The position numbers were made by a program, and so were the translations under genes. Positions 34,601-45,343 of a stretch of 64,000 bases of DNA are shown piece after piece. The number at the start of each line of letters is the position of its first letter. Position 1 is the stretch's first letter. Location of the stretch: positions 1,364,001-1,428,000 of the forward strand of contig JAMWBK010000011.1 in NCBI GenBank assembly GCA_029953675.1. The letters run 5' to 3'. The DNA is from Rhodosorus marinus CCMP1338 (taxonomy: Eukaryota; Plantae; Rhodophyta). The notes beneath the pieces are model-generated. The model saw nothing but the letters and a program-made list of their open reading frames with translations, searched no databases and was not told the origin of the DNA.

Positions 34601-37471
34601 AGCAGCTACAGGAGTCCAAAGGGAGATCCACTGGGGCCGGTGCTACATGCACTATCCCTGGCGCCCTTTCTAAGAGCGTTGCGAGGTTGCGAGCCAAGTT
34701 CCCCAACGAAACGATTGTTGCTATCCACAACGATATCACGATTGTCGGGTCGCTACAAGCCTTGAAGGCATCCCTGGCATGGGCAAAAACTGTGCTCCCC
34801 TCTCTTGGAGCACGCCTGCAACTCGGCAAGTGCACTGTGTACGGGCGAACACTGAATACCACGCGAGTGGTCAACCATGAGATTCCTGGAGTCCAAGTGA
34901 CCAGAGACGGAGTCACCATCCACTCGATACCGATAGGCAGCCGAGAAAATATCGAACAGGAGTGCCGGGGGCTGCAAAATAAGCATGAGAAACTCTTTGA
35001 GGAAATTGCCAAGATCCCTTAACCGGAGCTTGCGACGCAAATTGCCCTCTTCAGGTTCTGTGCAGAAACGCGACTAGACTATGTGCTACGATGCCTCGCA
35101 TACGAGTTTGGAAGAAATCTGGCACGCGAGGCCGACGTGATGACCAGATATCACCTGGAAATTCTATTCGGAGGCCTCGCTACGACAGCTGGGGTGAAAC
35201 TCTTTGAGGAAATTGCCAAGCTCCCACAACCGGAGCTTACGACGCAAATTGCCCTCTTCAGGTTCTGTGCGGAAACGCGGCTAGACTATGTTCTACGATG
35301 CCTCGCATACGAGTTTGGAAGAACTCTGGCACGCGAGGCGGATGTGATGACCAGGTATCATCTGGAAATTCTATTCGGAGGCCTCGCTACGACAGCTGTA
35401 GAGGACGACGAGTACGCAGAGCTGATCTCCGACCAAATCGCTCTGCCCTGCGGCTGGGGGGGGGGTTGGGTTTCGCTACTCGAAAGCGCGTCCAACCCAT
35501 CGCGTTTTACTCGTCATGGAGAAACACCTTCCGGAACAATGAAGATGAATGGCCATACCTGACTGAACTAGAGCGGGAGGTTTCGGCAGAACGCTCACCA
35601 GACACATACGAGCCGACGGAGCAACGATGGTCGACTGCACAGCTGGCGGACCAGATCTGTGCATCGTCGCGAGCAATACAACGGAGGCTCGGACCAGAAA
35701 CCCCGCCGCGGATCTTGGCATTGACTACACTGCAACAACCACGCGAATCACCTCTTCGAAACGCACCGGGCGAGACTGCAGCTTGGAATAATGGTTCAAT
35801 ACAACAAACCCTCTCTCGAGAGGCACACCATTGTGACCAAATACGCGGGGGCTTTGTCTTCCCCTGGTGTTCGTGCTTCGGCACTAGCACATCGCTTGGT
35901 ACCCCTGATCATTGAGTGCTTTGGGTTCATGGACTCTGTTGGTTCTCGCTGGCTTCGGGAGTTGTTCCGCGAACGCCCTGACCGTCTTCAATCGTTGTTT
36001 ACCCGCTTAAGTTTCCTGCTGTGGCGCATGAATGCCGCTTTGATGTTGGAGGCGCGAGTTCTTCGCCGCACTTAGTCTTTTTTTCCCCTCGGGGTTTTTT
36101 CTTTCAGCCTCCGATTAAACCATTCGTCGTCGATTGTGCATTCCAAAGGTTGGTCACCAACCCACGAATCTCCCCTGAAAACCGAGCTCGAATACGGTCC
36201 GCCGCGGGATCCGGGTCGGGAGTCTGGCTGCGTGAAATACCAACGCTGACACCGAAAAAATTGAGTGCGGTTGAGATGCAGGTAAACGTTCGACAACTGC
36301 TGGGGCTGCCAATGCCGGGATTACGGACCACCGAGAAGTGCACTAGTTGCCAGAGTAAACACGGAGGGACTGGGGTACAACGGTTTCATCACGGCCCAAC
36401 ATCAACTGGACTGTGGCAACGTAGACACGACGAAATCTGCAGAGAGATGGCACGGTGGCTGAGGCGATGGAACTTCATGGACGTAGAGCAAGCGTACTTC
36501 GAGAACTACGGACTGCGACCTGATATCATTGCGAGGCATCCGAGGACCAAACAAAGGTATGCGCTGGATCTGACGGTGGTGTCACCATTACAGGGAAAAT
36601 ATTTGCGGCGGAGCCAAGATGATAGCGGATACGCGGCGAGAGCTGCGGAGAAGTGGAAAATCGCTCACTACAAGGAAGCGATGGTGATCGAGAAACCGGA
36701 TGACAAGTTCATCCCGATAGCGATAGAAACGTTTGGGCGTACGGGGCAAATGGCACAAGAGTTCCTCCGCGACAGCTGCAAACACCTACTGCACAGGAGT
36801 GAGGAGCTGAGAGACGTGAGATCCCAGATAAACCGGCAACTATGGCGAGGTAACGCAGAGATAGCATTAGGCGCTTTGCGCGTGGACCAGCTGGAGAACC
36901 CGCTGGTGCCTGTTTTTTCTTTTGAACGTAGCATGAGACCCCGGTAGCGGGGTTCCAGTAAGTTTTTCCCTAGATAGGATTAGACGTAGTGTTGCGCTGC
37001 AGTAGGCAGCTGCCCAGTAAAGCTTACCGTTACGACTGCTTAGCCATGACATCCCTGGCGTCACGGCAACGCGAGACGGAGTTACCATCCATTCCATTCC
37101 GAGTGGAACACGGGCTTACATCCAAAGCGAGTGCCGGAAAATACAAAACAACCACGAGAAGCTATTCAAGGAGATAATGCACCTGCCCCCTGATGAACTG
37201 AATACGAAACTGGCACTCTTCCGGTATTGTTCTGAACCCCGCCTAGACTACTTTCTACGCAGCCTCGCCTACCCCTTTGGAAGAACACTTGCACGGGAAG
37301 CGGACGCCCTGACGCGTTATCACCTCGATACGCTATCTGGAGGCCTCACTACTACGGACACCGAGGACCCTGACTACGAAAACTCTACACAAGCCCAGAT
37401 CGCACTCCCCTGTTGATGGGGAGGACTGGGATTCGCTACGAGACAACGGATCCAGCCCATCGCCTTCTACT
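31630..37471 (+). mobile_element. ~5.8-kb head-to-tail array of truncated A/B copies: A 31630-32076, 60-bp RLE sliver 32077-32135, A 32154-33871, B 33872-34245, A 34246-37033 (with D insert), A variant 37034-37471
   Basis: Nearly every junction carries all or part of GGGGTTACGTTAGTCT. ORFs show RT and RLE motifs of several A subfamilies. Confidence 0.9.
35836..36132 (+). mobile_element. Family D 3' fragment nested in A, with 6-bp TSD ATTGTG
   Basis: Matches 58995-59290. ATTGTG at 35830-35835 and 36133-36138. The uninterrupted A copy (~51620, minus) reads CACCATTGTGCATTCC. Confidence 0.9.
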
Positions 37472-39125
37472 GGACTTTACTGGACTTTACTAGCATAGCC
37501 TGAAGCGCTACGCAAGGCGTGAAGATGAACTAATAACTAGGGAGGGAAGCATGCAACCCCAGGCGCCGATGGCGCGCCTCGGAACGCATGTCGCTGGAAT
37601 ATCGCCAAAGGGAGACACTTAAACGCCTCACGAGCGCCAAATATTCAGTAGGATGCTCAGCAAAACATTTCCGCAACCACTATAAACCCGACTTATCCAC
37701 GTGACCAAAGCTTTCCACAATGAATGGCTGGAACCGGTGAGAGCGACCCTCAGCGCAAGGCAGACTGGCCATGCTCTCAGCATAATGTCGTTCCTTAACT
37801 CTTCGAAGGGCTGAAGTCGCGGCCCCCCGGCGGCGGGAGGCTGCGGTGAGGTGGGCGCTGGCCACGGGGCAGGTAATCGCAAGGTCCACATATGTTGAGC
37901 GTCTGGCAGCAGCGTCGGAGACGAGGAGATCGGCTATACAACGGGGCGGTGCAGAATCCGAGATTAATCTGGGCACTTCCGACTCAACCTCAACCGTATG
38001 CCCTATCCGAGTCAAAAATTCGCTGAGGATGTACTTGAGGCGAGTGTGACGCCTCGTACGGAGACCTCTCAACAGTCCGCAGGAACCCAGGAAGTGGTAG
38101 CCACAAGCGTCAATCCGGCTCTCACATCCCTGACAGAAAGACGGCCGATTAGAGTGCCACGGAGCCTGTGGCAAATCGAGATAGATCCGTGCGGCAGAAC
38201 GGAACTGGAAAGCATCGAGACGATGAATTAATGACGAAGGTAGAGTGGTTAACCACAAGTGCGAGAGGTGGCCTCCCATGCCGCGGAGACGAGCGGCAGG
38301 GGTAGGCGGCGTGAGAGGAGAATTGAGCATGACTGTGTGAGCGGCACTGTGTTGGCCCCAGGTGAGGCTATGTTGAATCACATCAGTGCGGGAGCTCCAC
38401 AATCGGCTCAAATCCGGGCAGTCTGCAACAGGTGACCCGGGGCTAGCTCTCCGTCATCGGCAAGAACTCGGTCGAGGGGAGAATCCTCAATCGCTTCAGC
38501 TCGTCCCCGTAACAGCTGAAGGGCATGTACTCGCGAGGTCAACATATGCGGAGCGTCTGGCGGCAGCATCGGAGACGAGGAGATATAACCACATGCATCG
38601 ATCCGACCCTCAAATCCCTGACAGAAAGACGGCCGATTAGAGTGCCACGGAGCTTGTGACGATCCCAGATAAATCCGTGCGGCGGAACGAAACTGGAAGG
38701 CATCCAGACGGTGACCCAGTGATGACGGCAGGGTCGTTAACCACAAATGTGATAGATGGCCTCCCATGCCGCGGAGGCGAGCGGCGGTGGTACGCGGTGT
38801 GAGGGGAGAGTTGAGCAAGATTGCGTGAACGGCACTGTGTTGGCCCCAGGTGAGGCTATGTTGAATCACATCAGTGCGCGAGCTCCACAATCGGCTCAGA
38901 CCCGGGTAATCGGCAACCGGTGCCCCGGGGCTGGCTTCCCCCTCGTCGGCGAGTACTCTGTCGATGGGAGAGTCCTCGATTGCCTCTGTTTGTCCCCATG
39001 ACAGCTCCTTCCAGCAGAGAAATCTAGGATCGGCTCTCGTCCGGCACTGCGTTGCACTTACTGAACGCCTGTTGCAGAGCATCATAGACACTCAAAAGCG
39101 ATGGCGGAAGGGTCACGGGCTCCTC
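37472..39125 (-). mobile_element. Two tandem family C 3' fragments
   Basis: ORFs 37680-38411 and 38408-39091 match 52553-53629; tail ACTGGACTTTACTGGACTTTACTAGC on the plus strand at ~37470-37495. Confidence 0.9.
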
Positions 39126-39126
39126 G

Positions 39127-39430
39127 TTAGTCAGTGCTTAAGCCAAAAGGCAGGCACCGTCGTCGTTTGATTTCTCGACGTCTGCTGGGCATTGTTGGGT
39201 TGTGTTTTCCTGGTATCTCCTGTGTCCATCTGGTGATGGTTGGCTTGTAGGTCAGCCTGAGGCAAAGTTCTGGCTCTGCAGTCTCTACGGCTGGTAGGGT
39301 CATCTCTGTATCCGGGAGTGTGCCGTCAGCAGACGTCTCGAGAGCGTTTCTGTTGAGGAGGCGCCGGAAGGTTGCAGAGGAGTTCCGCGTGGGGGTTACC
39401 CTCTTGTGCATCCTCCTGAGGTAATTGGGA
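39127..39430 (-). mobile_element. Fragment of an A-related element at the ORF1/ORF2 boundary
   Basis: VTPTRNSSATFR and MPSRRREIKRRR vs IPTRNSPATFR and MPSRSRGMKRRR at 1560-1320. Confidence 0.75.
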
Positions 39431-39439
39431 TGTCGGGCT

Positions 39440-39935
39440 ACCCCAGACTAGCGCAACCCCGCGTTAGCAGGGCTTTTCTCCAGGTACGCCGTCAGCGAGG
39501 GCAGGCGGTTCTCCAGCGAAGCAACGACAAGAAGGCTGGTCAGTTTTGAGATCAGTACGTGCGGCGACGCTTCGTCGCAGTTGCTGAGAGGGGCCTCGGT
39601 GCTGAATGCGCCCATGCGCAGTCCACGAGCGGAGAGACGGCAGCGTCGGCCACCGGAAGAGGTGGGGAAAACCCAGCCATCACAAAAGAGTGTGGCGAGG
39701 AGAAGTTTCACCACCAAAGCGCCACAAAAACTGGCGAATATCCAATACAAAGCACCACGAATCCTCCACCACAACCCAACGAAAAGGAGAGAAAGCCCGC
39801 AGACAAGCCACACACTCAAAAACCCCGGGCAAAGACGGAAGTCAGTGCCTCCGAACAAACACTATGATAATCAAAAACCCGCCCAACCCAACACCATAAA
39901 CCCTCACAAGCCACCAGAACATCTATATTGCCGGT
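39440..39935 (-). mobile_element. 5' end of a D-related element
   Basis: LSARGLRMGAFST..ISKLTSLLVVASLENRLPSLTAYLE vs LSARVELCVGGFST..CSKLTSLLVTASQEHRLPLLIAYLE (54686-55270). The 5' UTR TATAGAT..GTGAGGG..TATGGTG also matches. Confidence 0.8.
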
Positions 39936-41360
39936 AGGGCTGTGCCAAGTGGGTCGGGTTTTGGGCGGCCTCTTCTAACGTTCAAATTTTCTCCCGCACT
40001 CATCGCCTGGTTCCTTTGTTTAATCCAATGCTGAAAAAAAGCCGAGGGGCAAAATTGATTGCGAGCGGCGAAGATCGCTCCAACATTAATTGACTCGAGA
40101 AGTGGACGGCGATAGTCGTCGCACTACGTAGGTTCACCTTCTGTTCCTAATCCTAATGTTTCGGGAGTGATCCGCGAACGTATTGACCGTCTTTCCTCGT
40201 TGACGGGTGAACAATGGGGGGGAAAGACGGTCAGGACGTACGCGTACACTCCCGAACATGAATTGAATGAATTTATTTAAATTAGTGAATGATTGACTGA
40301 ATGATTGATTTGTATCGATCTAACCGATAGTTAACGGCGCGGGGAGAGCTGTGGTGGTCCAGCCGATGTGTTCCAATCATCATTGGTGAGGTTAGCTACT
40401 CGGCAATGAGTACTGGTGGGCTCTTCCATTTATTAATCCTTGAATATTCGTCGCTTTTCTGACGGGTGAAATCCTGAGAAAAGAAGAGACCACCCTCTCT
40501 AACGTTCGAATTTTCCTGCCTGAAAAAACATCAGTAATAACAACAAAGGACGCCTACCTCTGTAGGACGGCCCGTTGAACTTCCGTATGGTTCAAAATAT
40601 AATTCAAAATTCCATCTCGTTCAATTTCGTCTTTTGTTCTTTTTTGACTTCAGGGTGCTGAGTATTGGGTGCTCCCTACGTTGTTTAAGTGTCGCTCTCT
40701 GGCATATTTTGGCAGCATCTCGCCGATGTGCGCCACCACCGGCTGGGCAGCTCTTGCATGCTTCTCTCCCTAGTACCTAGCTCCATTTTATAAAACCGCT
40801 TCAGGCTATGCTAGTAAACCACCAACACTCTGAAGCTTTGCAAGAACGGACGGCGTTCGACTACGGGGTCACCCCCCCCCCATAGGACAATGGATTCCCA
40901 AGATATGTATATAGTCGAAATTGCAACTGAAATTTTGATTTAATTGGACACCAAAGACACACGGGGGCAAGTTGAACTATAGAAAGCATGGTGGATTGTC
41001 TTCTCATTTGGAGGGGGAGGGGGGAGGGGATTTGAGTGATGTATCAAAGAAATTCATTTTGAACACATAAAAACAATCTAATCGAATGTCGAAATTATAT
41101 ATATGAAAACTAAACTCAGGAATCTGTATTTTTTGATCAAAAGTTTTGGAAGTTTGCGAAGTGAAAAAGGTCAAAAAAATTGAATAGTCGAAATTACATA
41201 TTAAATTCTATTTTGGCCTCGGTTTACGTTGGTCTGAGAGAATTCAGAGGCTGAAAGAAAAAAAACGTTGTCAGCCAGGTGCTACCACATACAAATCATG
41301 GCCGTTCCCCAGCGTTGAGTGTACATCGGGGGTGGGTCGTGCCCTTAATTTCTTATCATT

Positions 41361-41480
41361 ATTACTTCTTTGCGCATCAATGCAGCTTTGATGTTGGAGG
41401 CGCGAGTTCTTCGTAGTCTTTTTTTCCCCTCGGAGTTTTTTCTTTCAGCCTCCGATTAAACCATTCATTCATTACTTCTT
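41361..41480 (+). mobile_element. ~100-bp family D 3' end with 10-bp TSD ATTACTTCTT
   Basis: TSD at 41361-41370 and 41471-41480; tail CATTCATTC. Confidence 0.9.
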
Positions 41481-41977
41481 AATGAAGTTTTCTAATTTGC
41501 ATACACAGTGCTGCTCACGCAATCTTGCTCGACTCTAGTCCTTAGTCTTCTTGCACGCCTTACCTGGACTTTACTGGACTTTACTAGCATAGCCTGAAGC
41601 CTTACGTAGCGCTTCAGGCTATGCTAATAAACCCAATTGGCAACAAAACAAAGTGGAGGAGAAAAGTTGAACATTAGATGAATGTGTTTAGCGGACGTTG
41701 AAAACATGAATGAGTTTGCGGACACTGAAAAAAAAAACGATAGAAGGTGTGGTCGGTTGCTTTCGCCCGGGTGTTGATGAGTGGAAAGGATGGAAAGATT
41801 TGTTTCTATGAATCGAAATGCATTGGAATAGAGATGTATTGGGGCCGAGGTCCCACACTATTTAATCTACGAGGTTAGCCTGCGGAGCATGCCGAGGTGT
41901 GAGAAATTGAGTTCGGCTCAGCGACCTTTTTTGGCACAGGGACCAATTCTGGCTCATTGTTGGGAGTTTGAAGAAAC

Positions 41978-42904
41978 ATGAAGGCTATTCCAGTATTGCT
42001 TTTGGGGCTTATGGCCGTGGTTTGTCTCTTTGTGGAAACGAAGGCGCAGAATTTGCAGGATGAGATTTGTGTCCCACTTGACACATTTGAAGATGTTGTG
42101 AACGGACTGCTAGGTACTATCCATCTCGACTGGACCAACATCGGACCTTACAATAAGAAGAACAGGAACTGGATTAAGCAGAAGTCTTGGGTCAGCCTCG
42201 GTGCATTGGGAAGGTACACGTTACCTGCCGCGGTGATAAAGCACAAGAGGGGTAGCAAAATCTACTATGAGCACATCAACAAGTGGGGAGTGAGGAAGGG
42301 TGGATTCTCGGTGAAGGTAGTCAAGCATAAGAAATACGACTGGGCTTTGAGAATCAAGGTTGTCTATGAGAGCGATGGTGACGAAATCATTGTCAAGTGC
42401 TATGACAAGAAGACCAAGAAGCCTTGCAAGAACCAGAAATACAACAACAGAGGCCAACTGGACAAAGTCACAGCGATCATCCACGCCGCAGTGAAGACGG
42501 AAAAGAACTCTCCAATTCTCAAGCTGAAGAACTATCACAGTCTGTTCAAGATGGAGAGCAAGTTCGGCAAGAAGCTCTTAGAGAAGTTTGGAGATGAAAA
42601 GAAAGGCTGGGTCGGCAAAAACAAGAAACCCCTAAGGACGGTCGAGGATTGGGTGCTTGGCTACCTCGTCGATGGCGCACTCACCGAGCTGCTCTTCAAT
42701 TTCGATGTCAACAACCTCATCGACGGTTACCTTGTCGACCAGAAAAAATACGACGTCGGTAAGCTCTTAGGCCTTGCCGACGTACCTTTCGTTGGTCTCC
42801 TGGACAAGAAAGTACTGGAGAAACTCGATATTGTCCAGGCAACCAAGAAGAAGAATTCGGTATGCCTCAAGTATAAAGTGCCGCTCTCCGCGTTGTTTTC
42901 ATGA
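41978..42904 (+). CDS. Secreted Lys-rich hypothetical protein (308 aa)
   Basis: Intact ATG-to-stop ORF, signal peptide MKAIPVLLLGLMAVVCLFVETKA, coding-like codon usage; no domain recognised. Confidence 0.85.
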   Translation: MKAIPVLLLGLMAVVCLFVETKAQNLQDEICVPLDTFEDVVNGLLGTIHLDWTNIGPYNKKNRNWIKQKSWVSLGALGRYTLPAAVIKHKRGSKIYYEHINKWGVRKGGFSVKVVKHKKYDWALRIKVVYESDGDEIIVKCYDKKTKKPCKNQKYNNRGQLDKVTAIIHAAVKTEKNSPILKLKNYHSLFKMESKFGKKLLEKFGDEKKGWVGKNKKPLRTVEDWVLGYLVDGALTELLFNFDVNNLIDGYLVDQKKYDVGKLLGLADVPFVGLLDKKVLEKLDIVQATKKKNSVCLKYKVPLSALFS

Positions 42905-43060
42905 TGAGATGATGATTGGCGTATGTCAGAAAGAAATAAAAGTTCCCCATCTCTCTGCGTGGATTGAATGGACAGCCTGTCTCCGTTGACGTTGTATTAT
43001 ATCTTACTGTGGAGTGGTTCGGATGACTTGCTTCTTGTTTCCGAGGAAACATTTTCGTTA

Positions 43061-43610
43061 TACACTACACTGGCTTTATTAGCACTACACTAGCACCGTT
43101 CTAGCTGATGCGGGCTGTGTAGCGAGGCCTTTGCTCCGCGAACAGAAGCATTCCGCTCCTGTCATTCCCGATCCACTTACCCCCCGTGGAAGGCCAGACC
43201 TCTCCTGGGCCCACTTTTGGGGCCACATCCTGCCCCCGCTAGTATCCCTAGTCCTGCGTATTCCCAGATCCTCCGTCGTGGTTCTCTGAGCAACGCACGG
43301 CTACTATGGTGGTTTTACTAGATAGCTTTATTAGCATAGCCTAAAGCGCTACTCAAAGCGTGAAAATGAACTAAGAACTAGGTAGGGAAACGTGCAAGGC
43401 CAGGCGCCGATGGCGCGCCGCGGCCAGCATGGGTTTAACTGGCTTTATTAGCCTAAAGCGCTACGCAAACCGTGAAAAGGAACGAAGAACTAGGTAGGGA
43501 AGCGTGCAAACCCAGGCGCCGATGGCGCGCCTCGGCAAGCATGGTTTACTGACTTTATGGCATGGTTTACTAACAAAGTCTGAAACGCTACGCAAGACGT
43601 AGAAGGAAAC
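43061..43610 (-). mobile_element. Cluster of minus-strand 3' ends: three family C-like termini (43305-43610) and a degenerate RLE end with an (AGTGT)n tail (43061-43300)
   Basis: Repeated CAGGCGCCGATGGCGCGC and AGCGCTAC. 43061-43100 reverse-complements to GCTAGTGTAGTGCTAATAAAGCCAGTGTAGTGTA. The second assignment is weak. Confidence 0.65.
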
Positions 43611-43779
43611 TAGGCACGTTGGAGAAGAGGATGCAAGCCCTAGGCGCCCCGATTAAACAAATTCGATGATCCCCTCTGGGTTTATTCTTTCGCTCTCGGA
43701 TTACAGAAATTCATTTCATCAATGACTCATCAACGGTTCAATGCCTAGGCCGGAGATAATTGATTATTAGACTAACCTT

Positions 43780-44115
43780 GATTGAATATTGTGGCGCATG
43801 AATGCCGCTTTGATGTTGGAGGCGCGAGTACTTCGCCGCGCTTAGTCTTTTTTTCCCCTCGCGGTTTTTTTTTTTCAGCCTCCGATTAAACCATTCGTTC
43901 GATTGAATATTGGTCGATTTATCTTTGGTCTATCTCTCGTTGGCTTCGGGAACTGTTCCGCGAACGCCCTAACCGTCTGTCCCCGCTGTTTACCTGTTTT
44001 CAGTTTCTTGTTGTGGCGTGTGAACGTGCTTTGATGTTGGAGGCGCGCGATCTTCGCCGAGCTCAGTCTTTTTTTTCGCCTCGGGGTTTTTTCTTTCGGT
44101 CTCCGATTAAAGAAA
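43780..44115 (+). mobile_element. Family D 3' ends; the first has 12-bp TSD GATTGAATATTG
   Basis: TSD at 43780-43791 and 43901-43912; older copy at ~43930-44115. Confidence 0.88.
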
Positions 44116-44360
44116 TTCACAAGTCCATCCACTTCAAAAATTTATCTGACGATGGGCGTCCGATGAATGTTAGCAGACAGCCCACGACAACATGTAATAC
44201 GGATCCAGAATTTCGGGGTTTCGCTCTTGATTTATATCCATTGTTTCATCCAGAAAAGGTTTTTTTCGGACCCCAACAAAGCGCGTCGGCTTCCACGCTC
44301 CCCTTACGGCTACGGTAGCCACGAGTGATCCATTGAGTACAAAACCTGACATACGTATCC

Positions 44361-44449
44361 GGCAATTGGGCGATTGGGCAATTTAGGTAATTGGGTAATT
44401 GGACAATTCGGCAATTCGGCAATTCGGCAATTCGGCAGTTGGGCAATCC
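44361..44449. repeat. 8-bp microsatellite (GGCAATTS)n, ~11 degenerate copies
   Basis: Directly visible, with GGCAATTC x3 perfect in the core. Confidence 0.9.
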
Positions 44450-44484
44450 GTGTGAGATTTTCTTTTAAAGAGAGTTCGTTGCGC

Positions 44485-44646
44485 TTTCGTTCGCTTAAGT
44501 TTCCTGCTGTGGCGCATGAATGCCGCTTTGATGTTGGAGGCGCGAGTACTTCGCCGCGCTTAGTCTTTTTTTCCCCTCGGGGTTTTTTTCAGCCTCCGAT
44601 TAAACCATTCATTCATTTCGTTCGACGAATGGTTTAATCGGAGGGC
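44485..44646 (+). mobile_element. Family D 3' end with 9-bp TSD TTTCGTTCG, abutted by an inverted ~20-nt D tail
   Basis: TSD at 44485-44493 and 44616-44624; CCTCCGATTAAACCATTC (44593-44610) is inverted at 44627-44644. Confidence 0.85.
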
Positions 44647-45343
44647 TATCGTTGGTGCAGAGCGAAAACATAGAAAACAATTATTTTAAAGTATATCATA
44701 AAAACTAGAGAAACACGAATAAAAACATTTAAAACGTAAAATGTTGTCAAGGACGTACTGAAAGCACCAATCAGACATCTAAAAAATAATAACAAGAGGT
44801 AACTCAACATGACCTCTAACGACAATTTTCTCATATCAAGCAATGAAAAAGCGCCAAGCGTCCCTATCCAACAGAATAAAATTTATTTCTTCTTTGTTTT
44901 CTGCCTGCTTCGGGGGGGGGGGAGGGGGCGCGATGCGTGCCAGTATCGAGCTAGAGCGGAGGATGGAGGACAAGCACATTGAGGAGGGCGGTCGTCTGGC
45001 AGGGAGCGGGCTTCGAGAGTGGGTCTTTTCTTACCATTTTCTTGTCTGGAATCTTACATTCTTGGTTCGACTCGAAAAACTCAAGAGCAACGAAGTCGAA
45101 AACGAAGTACGATGTGAGAAAAGATGAGTTCAGCATTTAAAGGCTGAATCGCCGGAGGGGGTGGCCAGGTTGTTGGTGAGCTGATTTACGGTGGGCTAGT
45201 GTTCTGTATCCGCCTGAGTGAAGAGTTTCCTTTTAGTGAGCGGCTATAACGCGCCGGTGAAGTTGCGTGTGTATGAGCTGGTGAGGTGCGTGACTTGTCG
45301 TGTTGGTTTGGAAAACGTTGGGTGCTGAGAAGAAATTCCAACA

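Noticed and set aside
40000-41340. DNA transposon suggested by repeated GTCGAAATT motifs in AT-rich sequence
   Set aside because: No terminal inverted repeats, TSD or transposase frame could be identified.
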